64,000 nucleotides of DNA. Origin: Eledone cirrhosa. Its lineage: Eukaryota. Made by a program: the position numbers and the translations under genes. Below the pieces are notes generated by a model. That model was given only the letters and a program-made list of their open reading frames with translations. It made no database searches and was not told where the DNA came from. Of this stretch, positions 49,561-64,000 are shown in pieces (the first letter of the stretch is position 1; the number at the start of each line of letters is the position of its first letter). The stretch covers positions 8,717-72,716 of the forward strand of contig CAXHJY010000766.1 in assembly GCA_964016885.1 (NCBI GenBank), in the 5' to 3' direction.

Positions 49561-49988
49561 GCGGTGGATTGGCAGTATCGGTAGAGGGTCGGACGCCATG
49601 TTTTGCAGCATAGAGTTACGGCCCTTGCCACTCTGAGTTCAAATCCCGCAGAGGTTAACCTTGCCTTTCATCCTTACGGGGTCGATAAAATAAAGTACCA
49701 ATAATGTACTGAGGTAATTGCTGGCCTTGTGCCAAAAGTAGAAACAATTATTATATGTGTGTGTGAGGGCGGTGGATTGGCAGTATCGGTAGAGGGTCGG
49801 ACGCCATGCTTTGCAGCGTAGAGTTACGGCTCTTTATGATCTGAGCTCAAATCCCACCGAGGTTAACTTTGCCTTTCATCCTTATGGGTCGATAAAATAA
49901 AGTACCAGTCACGCACTGGGGTCGATTTAATCGACTTTCCCCTCCCCCCAAATTACTGGCCTTGTGCCGATATAAGAAACCATTATTA
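49561..49988 (+). mobile_element. Two tandem main-family SINEs
   Basis: A/B boxes and central domain in both; the second has the longer 3' variant. Confidence 0.92.
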
Positions 49989-50001
49989 TATGTGTGTGTG
50001 T

Positions 50002-50033
<32 letters not shown>

Positions 50034-50392
50034 TTATACGTGTGTGTGTGTGTGTGTGTGTATATTCAGCAGAAATAGCACCACAGTATATTTTGATCTG
50101 TGAAGCAGTTCCCCCTCCAGTGATTCATAACATTTCACGGAATGGAAATCCTATTCGGTTTCTCCGATTGTCTTATTTTCTTAATCCGTTATTCTACTAT
50201 TCTCATATTCTTTGATTCCCTGCTTTCAACCCAATTATGTGTGTCGCAAGATTGTTAACAATCGTCTAAGCGAGACGGGAGGTTTCTATCTTAATGTCAA
50301 TGAACCACTAGATAAAGTCTTGTGTGTTTGTGTGTATGTAAGTGTGTTGGGGTGGAGACCTGTCTCTTTTCAAAATGTGTGTGAGTATATTT

Positions 50393-50423
<31 letters not shown>

Positions 50424-51024
50424 CCGAGTGAGTGTGTATATATGTGCGTGCACGTTCATGTGTATATGTGTATGTGTACAATAGAGCGGGGACTTGTGTT
50501 GTTTACAAAATGTTTGATTATAATACAGATATTTATATGTGTTTGTATGATTATATTATATGTATATATATAAATATATATATATACGTACATGTGTGTC
50601 TGGTGTGGTGTGGTGTGGGTGTGGTGTGGGTGTGGTGTGGGTGTGGTGTGGGTGTGGTGTGTGTGTGGTGTGTGTGTGGTGTGTGTGTGTGTGTGTGTAC
50701 GCGTATGTGTGTATGTGTACGTTAGAGCGAGGACCCGTGTCGTTACAAAGGGAAGTTCAGAAAGCCGACTAAGCCTTAAAGACTTCATTATTCTTTGACA
50801 AATTGACAGAGCGACGAGTGGAACCTTTCAGATCTATGGATCCCGAGTTCAATTCCCACTGAGGTTAATATTGCCTTTTATTGCTTTTCGGGGTCGATAA
50901 AATAAAGGACAAGAGCAAGAATGGAGTCTATTCTTTATGTATTTCCTTTTCTCTTTCTTTCTTACTTTCTTTCTTTCTTTCTTCCCCCCTCTCTTTCAAA
51001 CACACTCACACACAAACTTCATAC

Positions 51025-51355
51025 TTTCTCTCTGTTTCTCCCCCCCCCCCCTCTCTCTCTCTCTCACACAGACATTTATACTTTCTCTGTGTTTCTCTCT
51101 CTCTCTATCTCACACACACACACACAGACATTTATACTTTCTCTGTGTTTCTCTCTCTCTCTATCTCACACACACACACACAGACATTTATACTTTCTCT
51201 GTGTTTCTCTCTCTCTCACACAGACATTCATACTTTCTGTGTTTCTCTCTCTCTCTCACACACACACAGACATTCATATTTTCTCTGTGTTTCTCTCTCT
51301 CTCTCTCTCTCTCACACACAGACATTCATACTTTCTCTGTGTTTCTCTCTCACAA
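51025..51355. repeat. ~50-60-bp minisatellite (CT)n(CA)nGACATTTATACTTTCTCTGTGTTT
   Basis: About 6 copies. Confidence 0.9.
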
Positions 51356-51700
51356 ACATGTTTCCCTCACCTCTCTCTCCCCCTCTCTATTTCTGCCTTT
51401 CTCTCTCTTCCCCTCGCTCTCTCTCTGCCTCCAGATTTATTAGCTCTTTTCTTTATTAATTGTATGACTAAAATGTCGTACATCTAATTCTACGTAGACA
51501 AGTTGTTCTTGTTTGTTGTTGTTGTTGCTTTTTGGTGGTGGTGGTGGTTTTTTTTGTTTTTTTATATTTTCGTTTGTCTTAATATTCCAAGGACAGTGTT
51601 TGACTATTTTGTGAGACAGGGCGACCCTGGGTGGGCTAGCAGTACCGTCGATAAGGGGCAAAACCGCATACGTCTAATTCGACGGTTGATGACCATAGGG

Positions 51701-51824
<124 letters not shown>

Positions 51825-52136
51825 CATATATATATTCTGATGGTGCGGCTAATATACCATCAGCACACCGCCGCGCCACGCTACCACCACAACCAACACC
51901 ACATTTACCATGGAGGTTTATATATATATATATATATAATATATATATATAATATATATATATAATATATTATATATATATAATATATATATATTATATA
52001 TATATAATATATATATATAATATATTATATATATATAATATATATATATTATATATATATAATATATATATTATATATATATATATTATATATATATAAT
52101 ATATATATATATATTATATATATATAATATATACAT

Positions 52137-52172
<36 letters not shown>

Positions 52173-52374
52173 ATAATATATATATTATATATATATATAT
52201 TATATATATATATAATGTCGCCGCTAATATACCAATAACAGACAGCTTCGACACCGCCACGCTATCACTACAACTACCACCCACTACGACCATCATCATC
52301 ACAATACTATTGTCGTTATCATTCATCCTTTATACATAGATCTACTACATAGATCTTCACTTTCAAAAGAGTAA

Positions 52375-52412
<38 letters not shown>

Positions 52413-52731
52413 GGATATATATATATATATATATATATATCCCTATCTATCTCTCACTGTTTCTTTCCATATATAGCGTTAAACACAAACACGAATAAAT
52501 ACACATAAACATACATACATACATACACACATGGACATACACATACACACATGGACACACACATACACACATAAAGAGCCAGAGACACAGATATAGACCT
52601 ACAGATACACACAAGCCACCATCGGCCATACAGGCAGTACAATTCAATTCCGAACCAATCTTTAAGACAATTCAAAGACTTTCACTGAACAAAGAAACTG
52701 AATCATATCACTTCCAGCTATACAGGGCAAG

Positions 52732-54675
<1,944 letters not shown>

Positions 54676-55125
54676 TGAACATAAATATAATTATGCATAT
54701 ATAATTAACTCTATGTCTGCTTTTGAAGGTGTTTATAAGTCTATATGTGAGTCTATTCACAAACACCTCTACACACGCATTCTAACCGCCCCTCTACCTC
54801 TCTTCCTATATATATACGTGTGTGTGTCTCGGTGTGTGTGAGTGTGTATATATATATATGTGTGTGTGCGTGTGTGTTGTGTATGTGATATGTCCCTCTC
54901 TGTGTATGTATATATATATATGTGTGTGTATGTGTGTGAGAGAGCAAGGCCAAAGGTAGTCCATGGTGGCCAAGTGTGTGTGTGAGTATGTGTGAGGGGG
55001 AGCATTAAGGGAAATGTGGGGGGTGTCGTGGTGAGGGAGGGGGAGGTTAGTTGATGAGGTTAAGCCCTTCAGTTGTAAATATCATTTTCTACTAAACCCT
55101 TACATCGCACACATACAACGCACAT

Positions 55126-55179
<54 letters not shown>

Positions 55180-55181
55180 AA

Positions 55182-55216
<35 letters not shown>

Positions 55217-55273
55217 TATATATATACACACACATATGTATACATATACACACACATATATATATATATACAT

Positions 55274-55314
<41 letters not shown>

Positions 55315-55332
55315 TATATATACATATATACT

Positions 55333-55386
<54 letters not shown>

Positions 55387-55994
55387 CATATATATACATA
55401 TATATATATATATACATCCACATATATATCTATAAATATATATATATATACATAATGTATATATATGTGTGTGTGTGTGCATTCATATACACAGAATAAT
55501 ACTCAAAAATACTACCCTCCCCCATATACAAATATTGGGTTATTTTTCACTTCATTCACGCCAAAACTTCTACTTATCTTACTTCTTACTTCTCCTTCTT
55601 CTGTCTAATCATCATCCTCACCAACATCATTGTCTGTGAACCACCTTCAATCCTCTGTTCTTTTCAAGCCACGAAGCCGTAATAGAACAACACTCTCTGA
55701 ACATAATCTTCAATTTCTCAGTCTTCTTCGTCAGAAGAGTTCTTTTGAAAGGGGGTGATCAACAAGACATTTTAACCCTCCTCCCTCACTCTCCTCTCCT
55801 TCGCCCTTACCACGCACACTCACACATCGACTCACGTATCTACTTCCGGCGTTAAATAATTTATTACATCCCTGTATTATGATGTTTACGTACACACAAG
55901 TACATACGTAGTGACACACATAAATACGAACACGTACACACATACATACACACACCTCAGTGTTATTCTGTCGGAGATATAGCTATATTATTGG

Positions 55995-56476
55995 TTAAAT
56001 TTGCCTTTCATCCTTACGGGGTCGATAAAATAAAGTACCAGTAATGTACTGGGGTAATTGCTGGCCTTGTGCCAAAAATAGAAACAATTATTAGGTGCGG
56101 TTGATCGGTAGAGAGTTTGACACCATGCTTTACAGTATAGAGTTATGGCCATTTACGTTTTGAGTTCAAATCCCGCCGGGGTTAACTTTGTCTTTCAGCC
56201 TTACGGGGTCGATAAAGTAACGTACCAGTAATGCACTGAGGTATTTGCTGGCCTTGTGCCCAAAATAGAAACAATTATTAGGTGCGGTTGATTGGCAGTA
56301 TCAGTAGAGAGTTCGACACCATGCTTTACAGTATAGAGTTATGGCCATTTACGTTTTGAGTTCAAATCCCGCCGGGGTTAACTTTGCCTTTCAGCCTTAC
56401 GGGATCGATAAAATAAAGTACCAGTAATGGACTGGGGTAATTGCTGGCCTTGTGCCAATAGTAGAAACAATTATTA
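55995..56476 (+). mobile_element. Tandem trimer of main SINE (first copy partial)
   Basis: Three central domains; shared junction caattattaggtgcggttga. Confidence 0.9.
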
Positions 56477-56572
56477 CAGTCTATGTAAGGTGCGTTGTAG
56501 TCAGGATTGCAGGATTGAGGAGTTCCTTGTCGAGTGGTCAACGTGACTCTCCCAGTGTATATCAACGCACCT

Positions 56573-56621
<49 letters not shown>

Positions 56622-56629
<8 letters not shown>

Positions 56630-56802
56630 AGATTCAGGACCCCAACCGCTGAGCTCCGGCCGTTTCAACAGGTAGATCTAGCTGTCGAAACGGCCTGAGC
56701 TCAGCCGTCGGAGTCCTGAATCTGTTCATATTACCCACTCTACTACCTCAAGTATCGAGTACTCTGGTGGGTTATGGTCTAGCTGGTTTTTGCCACACCC
56801 TA

Positions 56803-56841
<39 letters not shown>

Positions 56842-56901
56842 TATACATTTATATATATATAGAGAGAGATAGAGGGAGAGAGAGAGAGACAAATACACGT
56901 A

Positions 56902-56936
<35 letters not shown>

Positions 56937-57356
56937 ACGAAGGAATTATGGCAAGGAACCAGATGGACCACAACGCACCAAAGTACTCAATACTTAGGGT
57001 AGTAGAGTGGGAAATAGGAAAAAGTATGACCCCGACGGCAGAGCTCAAGCCGTTTCGACAGCTATTTCTGGACTGAAATAGCCGTCGAAACGGCTTGAGC
57101 TCTGCCGTCAGGGTCATACTTGTTCCTATATATATATACATATATAGGAACGAGTAGGACCCCGACGGCCGAGCTCAAGCCGTTTCGACGGCTAATTCTG
57201 GACTAACAAAAAAAAAAATAGTCCAGAATTAGCCGTCGAAACGGCTTGAGCTCAGCCGTCGAGGTCCTACTCGTTCCTATTACCCACTCTACTACCCTAA
57301 GTATTGAGTACTTTGGTGCGTTATGGTCCACCTGGTTCCTTACCACATTTCCTTCG

Positions 57357-57359
<3 letters not shown>
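56622..57359. mobile_element. Three fold-back family C copies: 56622-56807 (+), 56935-57129 (-), 57144-57359 (+)
   Basis: Each has a ~110-135-bp hairpin plus the shared tail; separated by (TA)n. Confidence 0.88.
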
Positions 57360-57395
<36 letters not shown>

Positions 57396-57634
57396 ATCTA
57401 TATATATAAAACTGTACATTATATATCTTCTTCGGTCGAGTTTACACTCGCAAACTGTACACACACACACACACACACACATATATGTATATATGTATGT
57501 ATGTATGTGTGTATAATATAGTTATAACAGTTATGTAAAATGCTGCCAGGCCTTTTGTCTTCCACATGACATCACTTTTACCAAGTTCGATAGATTTACA
57601 GATATTTGCAGTGTGCTCTCTTCTCCACCACAAC

Positions 57635-57671
<37 letters not shown>

Positions 57672-57862
57672 TTCATAGGCATCATTGTCATCATCATCAT
57701 CATCATCATCTTCATAGACATTGTCGACACCATTATCATCAGCTTAATAATCATTATCATCATCATCGGCATCGGCATCGGCGACATCGTCATCAGCTTC
57801 ATCGTCATCAGCTTCATCATCATCATTATCACCATCACCGTCATCATCATCATCATCAGCTT

Positions 57863-57892
<30 letters not shown>
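57635..57892. repeat. (CAT)n and (CTT)n repeats
   Basis: Direct reading. Confidence 0.93.
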
Positions 57893-57893
<1 letters not shown>

Positions 57894-58004
57894 AACCACA
57901 ACACCACTCACCAATACATATATATCACCTCCAAGCCGCCTCCAATTGCAACCAGTTACCTTTTCATTAGCACACCCCGTCATCAAACACGAAAGTGATA
58001 ATGT

Positions 58005-58423
58005 GTGTATATATATATGTGTGTGTATGTGTATATATATGTGTGTGTGTGTGTAGAGGTGTGTAGTTGTGTATATGTATGTGTGCATGTGTAGAGGTGT
58101 GTAAAGGTGTGTGTATACATATATATACATATATATATATATGTGTTGTTTGTGTATACATATATATACATATATATATATGTGTGTGTGTGTGTGTGTC
58201 GAAGTGTGTAGTGTATATATGTGTGTAGAGGGTGTGTGTTGTATATGTATATATATATATGTGTGTGTATGTGTGTTGAGGTGTGTAGTGTATATATGTG
58301 TGTGTGCATGTGTAGAGGTGTGTGTTTGTGAGTGAATACATATATATATATATATGTGTGTGTGTTGTGTTTGTGTCGAAGTGTGTAGTGTATATATGTG
58401 TGTAGAGGTGTGTGTTGTATATG

Positions 58424-58456
<33 letters not shown>

Positions 58457-58540
58457 TGAGGTGTGTAGTGTATATATGTGTGTAGAGGTGTGTATATGTA
58501 TGTGTGTGTATGCGTAGAGGTGTGTATATGTGTGTATATA
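58005..58540. repeat. TG/TA compound repeat with ~180-bp duplicated blocks
   Basis: gtcgaagtgtgtagtgtatatatgtgtgtagagg at ~58198 and ~58375. Confidence 0.8.
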
Positions 58541-59124
58541 TCTGGTCCCTCCATTCAATCACAGTTTGCTATGCTATTTATGTCCAGTTGCTGGTACCGA
58601 TACATTAGACACACACACACACACACACACATCTATATATACATATGTATAAGACACACACACACACACACACACACACATGCATACATATTAACATCTC
58701 CCTAGTTCATTCTATTCCTCTCTTTCTCTCATTGCATCCATCTTTCAAACTCTCTCTCTCACTCTCTCTCTCCACCTAACTCTCACTTTCTCTCCCTCCT
58801 CACTACCTCTTGTTCTCTCTCTTCCTCTTCTTCGCTCCTTCCCCTACCACCACCACCACAAACACACACACTCTCACTTTCTCTCCCTCCTCTCTACTTC
58901 TTGTCCCCCCCCCCTCTACCCACCCTCTCACCACCATCAGACGCGCTCTCTCTCTCTCTCTCGTCACGATGTCGAAAGTTTGCCAAAATATCTATCCGAA
59001 ATGAAACCGCGTGTGTGTCACTTAGCATTAACCTTTAAAATATAACAATTGACCCCTCAAAACACCATTATAAACCCATCGCCAGAATGTGACCCCACAA
59101 CCGGATATATGTCCAGCACAATAA

Positions 59125-60135
59125 TAATGGTTTCTTATATAGGCACAAGGCCAGCAATATTGGGGGAGGGGTCCATTAAATCGACCCCAGTCCGTGACTG
59201 GTATTTTATTTTATCGACCCCGTGAGGATGAAAGGCAAAGTTAACCTCGGCGGGATTTGAACTCAGACCGTAAAGGGACGTAACTCTATGCTAAAAAGCA
59301 TGGCGTCCGACCCTCTACCGATACTGCCAATTCACCGCCATTGGTAAATAATTGTTTCTACCATTGGCACAAGGCCAGCAATTACCCAGTGCATTACTGG
59401 TACTTTATTTTATCGACCCCGTAAGGATAAAAGGCAAAGTTAACCTCGGCGGGATTTGAACTCAGATCATAAAGGGCCGTAACTCTTTGATGCAAGGCAT
59501 GGCGTCCGACCCTCTACCGATACTGCCAATTCACCGCCATTGGTAAATAATTGTTTCTACCATTGGCACAAGGCCAGCAATTACCCAGTGCATTACTGGT
59601 ACTTTATTTTATCGACCCCCGTAAGGATGAAAGGCAAAGTCAACCTCGGCGGGATTTGAACTGGTAAATAATGACTTTAGATTTAACCAACGCTGGGCAG
59701 GACACATACACACACGCACACCTATACACATATACACTGACACACAATAATAATAATAATAATAATAATAATAATTGTTTCTATTTTGGGCACAAGGCCA
59801 GCAATTTGAAGGGAGTGAGGAAAGTCGATTAAATCGATCCCAGTGCGTTACTGGTTCATTACTTTATCTCGTATCCCGTAAAAATGAAAGTCAAAGCGAA
59901 CCTCGGCGGGATTTGAACACAGGGCGTAAAGGGTCGCAACTCTATGCCGATGCTCTATCGATATTGCCATATGACATAAATAATGGTTTCTGATTTAGGC
60001 ACAAGGCCAACAATTTTGGGGGGAGGGGGAAGTCGATTAAATCGACCCCAGTGCGTTACTGGTACTTTATTTTAGCGACTTCCCGTAAGGGTGAAAAGCA
60101 AAGTTGAACTTCGTGGGATTTGAACTCAGAAGGTA
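59125..60135 (-). mobile_element. Five main-family SINE copies in tandem orientation
   Basis: Repeated ggcacaaggccagcaat ... ttttatcgacccc ... gggatttgaactc. Confidence 0.9.
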
Positions 60136-60164
60136 TAAAAGGAATAAACCGTAATGACCGCTGG

Positions 60165-60398
60165 GTGCTGGGTGAAGAAATGCCAAGAAATCCCGGTGGA
60201 AGGAAGACGCAGTAGAGGAAGACCACAAAAAGATGGGTGGTGGGTGGTGACCTTAGATCGCTGAAACTCACGGAGGAGATGTCAAAGGACCATGACGAAT
60301 GGAGAGATGCTGTGCTGAAAAGGGCCCGTCCCAGACTTGCAAGGAAGCAAGGAAAAGCGAACGTAAAAGGATGATGATGATGATAATGATGATGATGA
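60165..60398 (+). mobile_element. RTE-type LINE 3' end with (GAT)n tail
   Basis: KKCQEIPVEGRRSRGRPQK / DLRSLKLTEEMSKDHDEWRDAVLK, then cgtaaaaggatgatgatg. Confidence 0.8.
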
Positions 60399-60559
60399 AG
60401 CTAAAGAACCAGAACAAATATCTTAAGGCATTTTGTCCGGCGCTTTGTCGATTCTGCTGATCCGGCAATAATAATGGTTTGTGATTAAGGAAAATGATCA
60501 ACAAATTGTAGGGCGGGGAAATTCAATTAAATCGATTCCATTACTGTATTGTCACTAAT

Positions 60560-62738
60560 ACATAACCAACATCAACACCAACAACAACACTACCACCACC
60601 ACCACCCTCCATAATCAATACACCAATACCACTACCACCACCACGCCACCAATACACCACCCCCACCAATATACTACCACCACCACTAAACTACAACCAC
60701 ATCCACCACCACACCACCATCATACACCACTATTAATACACCACCACCACACCACCACCACTATACCACCACCACTATCAATACACCACCACCACTATAC
60801 CACCACCACCACACCACCACTACACCACCACCAATACACCACAAACAACACACCACCACACCACCATCAATACACCACCAATACACCACCACTACACCAC
60901 AACCAACACACCACCAATACACCACCACCAATACACCACCACCACTACACTACCACCATCACTACACCACCACCATCACTACACCAACACCACCACCACC
61001 ACCACTACACCACCATCACTACACCACCACCACCACCGACTACACCACCACCATCACTACACCATCACTATACCACCACCATCACCACACCATCACTACA
61101 CCACCACCACACCATCACTACACCACCACCACCATCACTACACCACCACCACCATCACTACACCACCACCATCACTACACCATCACTACACCACCACCAT
61201 CACTACACCACCACCACCACCACCACCACACCATCACTACACCACCACCATCACTACACCACCACCATCACTACACCACCACCACCACCACCATCACTAC
61301 ACCACCACCATCACTACACCACCACCACCATCACTACACCACCACTACACCACCACCACCATCACTACACCACCACCACCATCACTACACCAACACCATC
61401 ACTACACCACCACCACCACACCATCACTACACCACCACCATCACTACACCACCACTACACCACCACTACACCACCACCACCATCACTACACCACCACCAC
61501 CATCACTACACCACCACCATCACTACACCACCACCACCACTGCCCCCATAAGTACTAAAACGACCATCAGATGTCTGTGAAGTCAATTATACAAATTAAC
61601 CTTAATTAGTAGCTAGTCTAATGAGGAACAACAATCAACTTCGATCCTGCATACCTAATACAACAACAACAACATAACAACAACAACAATAACTCGTTCG
61701 ATCCTTCATAACTAATACAACAACTTCAATAACAAGTTTGATTTAACAACAACAACAAAAGTTCGATCCTTCCTACCTGATACAACAACAACAAGTTCAA
61801 TTAACAACAACAGCAAATACAACAACAACAAGTTCAATTTAACAACAACAGCAAATACAACAACAACAGCAAATACAACAAATTCGATTTAACAAAAACA
61901 ATGACAAGTACGAGCTAACAACAACAACAACAGCAAATACAACAAATTCGATTTAACAACAACAACAACACAAGAGTATTAGCAATCACAACAGCAACAA
62001 CATTGATCTCGAATCTAATATATACAACTACAACAACCACAACAACCACCACAACTACACCACAACGACACCACAACGACACCACAACGACACCAACTAC
62101 ACCAACCATCACAACTACACCAACCACAACAAACAGCTACCACAACTACACCACAACGACACCAACTACACCAACCACCACAACTTACACCAATCACCAC
62201 AACTACAACAACCACCAAACACAACAACACGAACCACAACAACCACCAGAACGACAACAATCACCACAACTACAACTACCACAACCACCACCACAACTAC
62301 ACAACCACAATAACAACAACTACAACAACCACCACCACAACGACACCAACCACAACCACCACAACAACTACAACTACCACAACCACCACCACAACGATAC
62401 CAACCACAACCACCACCACAACTACAACTACCACAACCACCACCACACCAACCACAACAACCACCACCACAACTACAAATACCACAACCACCACCACAAC
62501 GACACCAACCACAACCACCACAACAACTACAACAACCACCACCACGACACCAACCACAACCACCACAACAACTACAACTACCACAACCACCACCACAACG
62601 ACACCAACCACAACCACCACCACAACCACAACTACCACAACAACCACCACAACTACACCAACCACAACAGCAACCACCACAACTACACCACAACGACACC
62701 AACCACCACAACAACTACACCAACCACCACAACAACCA
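60560..62738. repeat. (CAC/CAA)-derived low-complexity fields
   Basis: caccaccatcacta units at 60950-61540; (CAA)n at 61660-62000; cacaac units at 62030-62738. Confidence 0.92.
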
Positions 62739-62739
62739 C

Positions 62740-63058
62740 CCCGAGATGGAGAAGAAGCTCAGGTACAACCAGAATGTCTTCAGAGAGGGAAGATCAAACC
62801 ACCAATCACATCCTGATGCTGAGGAGAATTTTAGAGCGAGCTGTCACGGCTTTCATTGACTTCAGGAAGGCCTCTTATTCTGTGGACCGAGACTGTCTGA
62901 TAAAGATCTTACGGGCTTATGGAAACCCTAAGAAGATAGTGGACCTGATATCACTGCTCTACATCAAAACCAGAGCTTAAGTCATTACACCTGACGCGAT
63001 GATGGAGTTCTTTGAGATACTGGCTGGAGTGATCCAGGGCGATACATTGGGACCCTAC
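62740..63058 (+). mobile_element. LINE (RTE-like) reverse transcriptase fragment
   Basis: LRYNQNVFREGRS/TTNHILMLRRILE..AFIDFRKA..SVDR..ILRAYG.P..GVIQGDTLGPY with a frameshift and a stop. Confidence 0.9.
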
Positions 63059-63313
63059 CGGCGTGTCACAGTTTGAGGTCAGTGTGGAAGTGGGACCTTC
63101 GGAAAGTCCTGAATATATTTGTGTGTGTGTGTGTGTGTCTGTGTGTGTCTGTACACACACACACACACATACAAACATTCACATATCTATACAGTTCTGT
63201 ACGAGCGAGACACTGCCTCCTCACCAATCTCGCCTCAAATGGAACAAAACCGTCCAACCCATGCTAGTGTGGAAGATGGAGGTTAAACGATGATGATGAT
63301 GATAAATATGTAT

Positions 63314-63361
<48 letters not shown>

Positions 63362-63365
<4 letters not shown>

Positions 63366-63542
63366 GTTTCTACTTTAGACACAAGGCCAGCAATTACCCT
63401 GTGCATTACTGGTACTTTATTTTATCGACCCCGTAAGGATGAAAGGCAAAGTCAACCTCGGCAGGATTTGAACTCAGATCGTAAAGGGACGTAACTATGC
63501 TGGAAAGCATGGCGTCCGACCCTCTACCGATACTGCCAATCC
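63362..63542 (-). mobile_element. Full-length main SINE
   Basis: Reverse complement of the consensus with A/B boxes. Confidence 0.92.
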
Positions 63543-64000
63543 ATATATATAATATGTTGAAAAGGTAACACACTAGAGTGAGATACAGTGCGCCATCAAT
63601 AAAACGGAAAAACCACCAGTGTATGGAATCTATAACCTATGAAAGGCAGAATATAGACACGATAATTAAAAATATAAATTAAAGCGTAAATAAATACTTC
63701 TATAACTATATAACACACGTACAAATCCAAAGTGATCTGTTTCGCCAGTAAGTTGTTGACGGAAATGAAATAACCCAGGTTCATCAGGGTGTGTTAGGCT
63801 ATACGTTTAAGACAACACTAAGAATTTTTAAAGTGGCCGTCCAACTACACGTGGGAGAGAGAAGTCACAGCGTGTTTAAGGGCAGTGAACCAGTGGCCTC
63901 TGAGGGACGAGCTGCTAGAAAGGGCAGCCCAAAACCACTCAGAGAAGTGTGCTCAACCAAACAGAGAAAGAGGAGAAAGACTGTTATAAGGAGCGAAATA

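Noticed and set aside
63725-63795. Minus-strand CTGATGA...GAAA pair
   Set aside because: Stems I-III do not pair; at best a heavily decayed relic.

Overview
Non-coding-dominated eukaryotic genomic DNA, most likely from an octopod cephalopod. This is inferred from the tRNA-derived SINE families and the extreme (TA)n/(CA)n/(CAC)n microsatellite load. Nearly all long ORFs in the track ([14 protein letters not shown]) are microsatellite artefacts. Supportable content: over 20 SINE copies, a broken and rearranged mariner, a degraded R4/Dong-type LINE, several RTE-type LINE fragments, a Gypsy integrase/PPT/3'-LTR remnant, hAT-type MITEs with 8-bp TSDs, SINE-derived minisatellites, and a few candidate short spliceosomal exons of unidentified gene(s). 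The most interesting signal is a recurring architecture: at least four sequence-unrelated short element families, all sitting in (TA)n tracts and built as (TA)n - inverted arm - arm - unpaired 80-135 bp tail - (TA)n. Two of them carry intact-looking minimal type I hammerhead ribozymes on both strands, each followed by AATAAA. They look like Penelope-like pseudo-LTR-derived, fold-back, microsatellite-associated retroelements. Coordinates were read by eye and may be off by a few bases.
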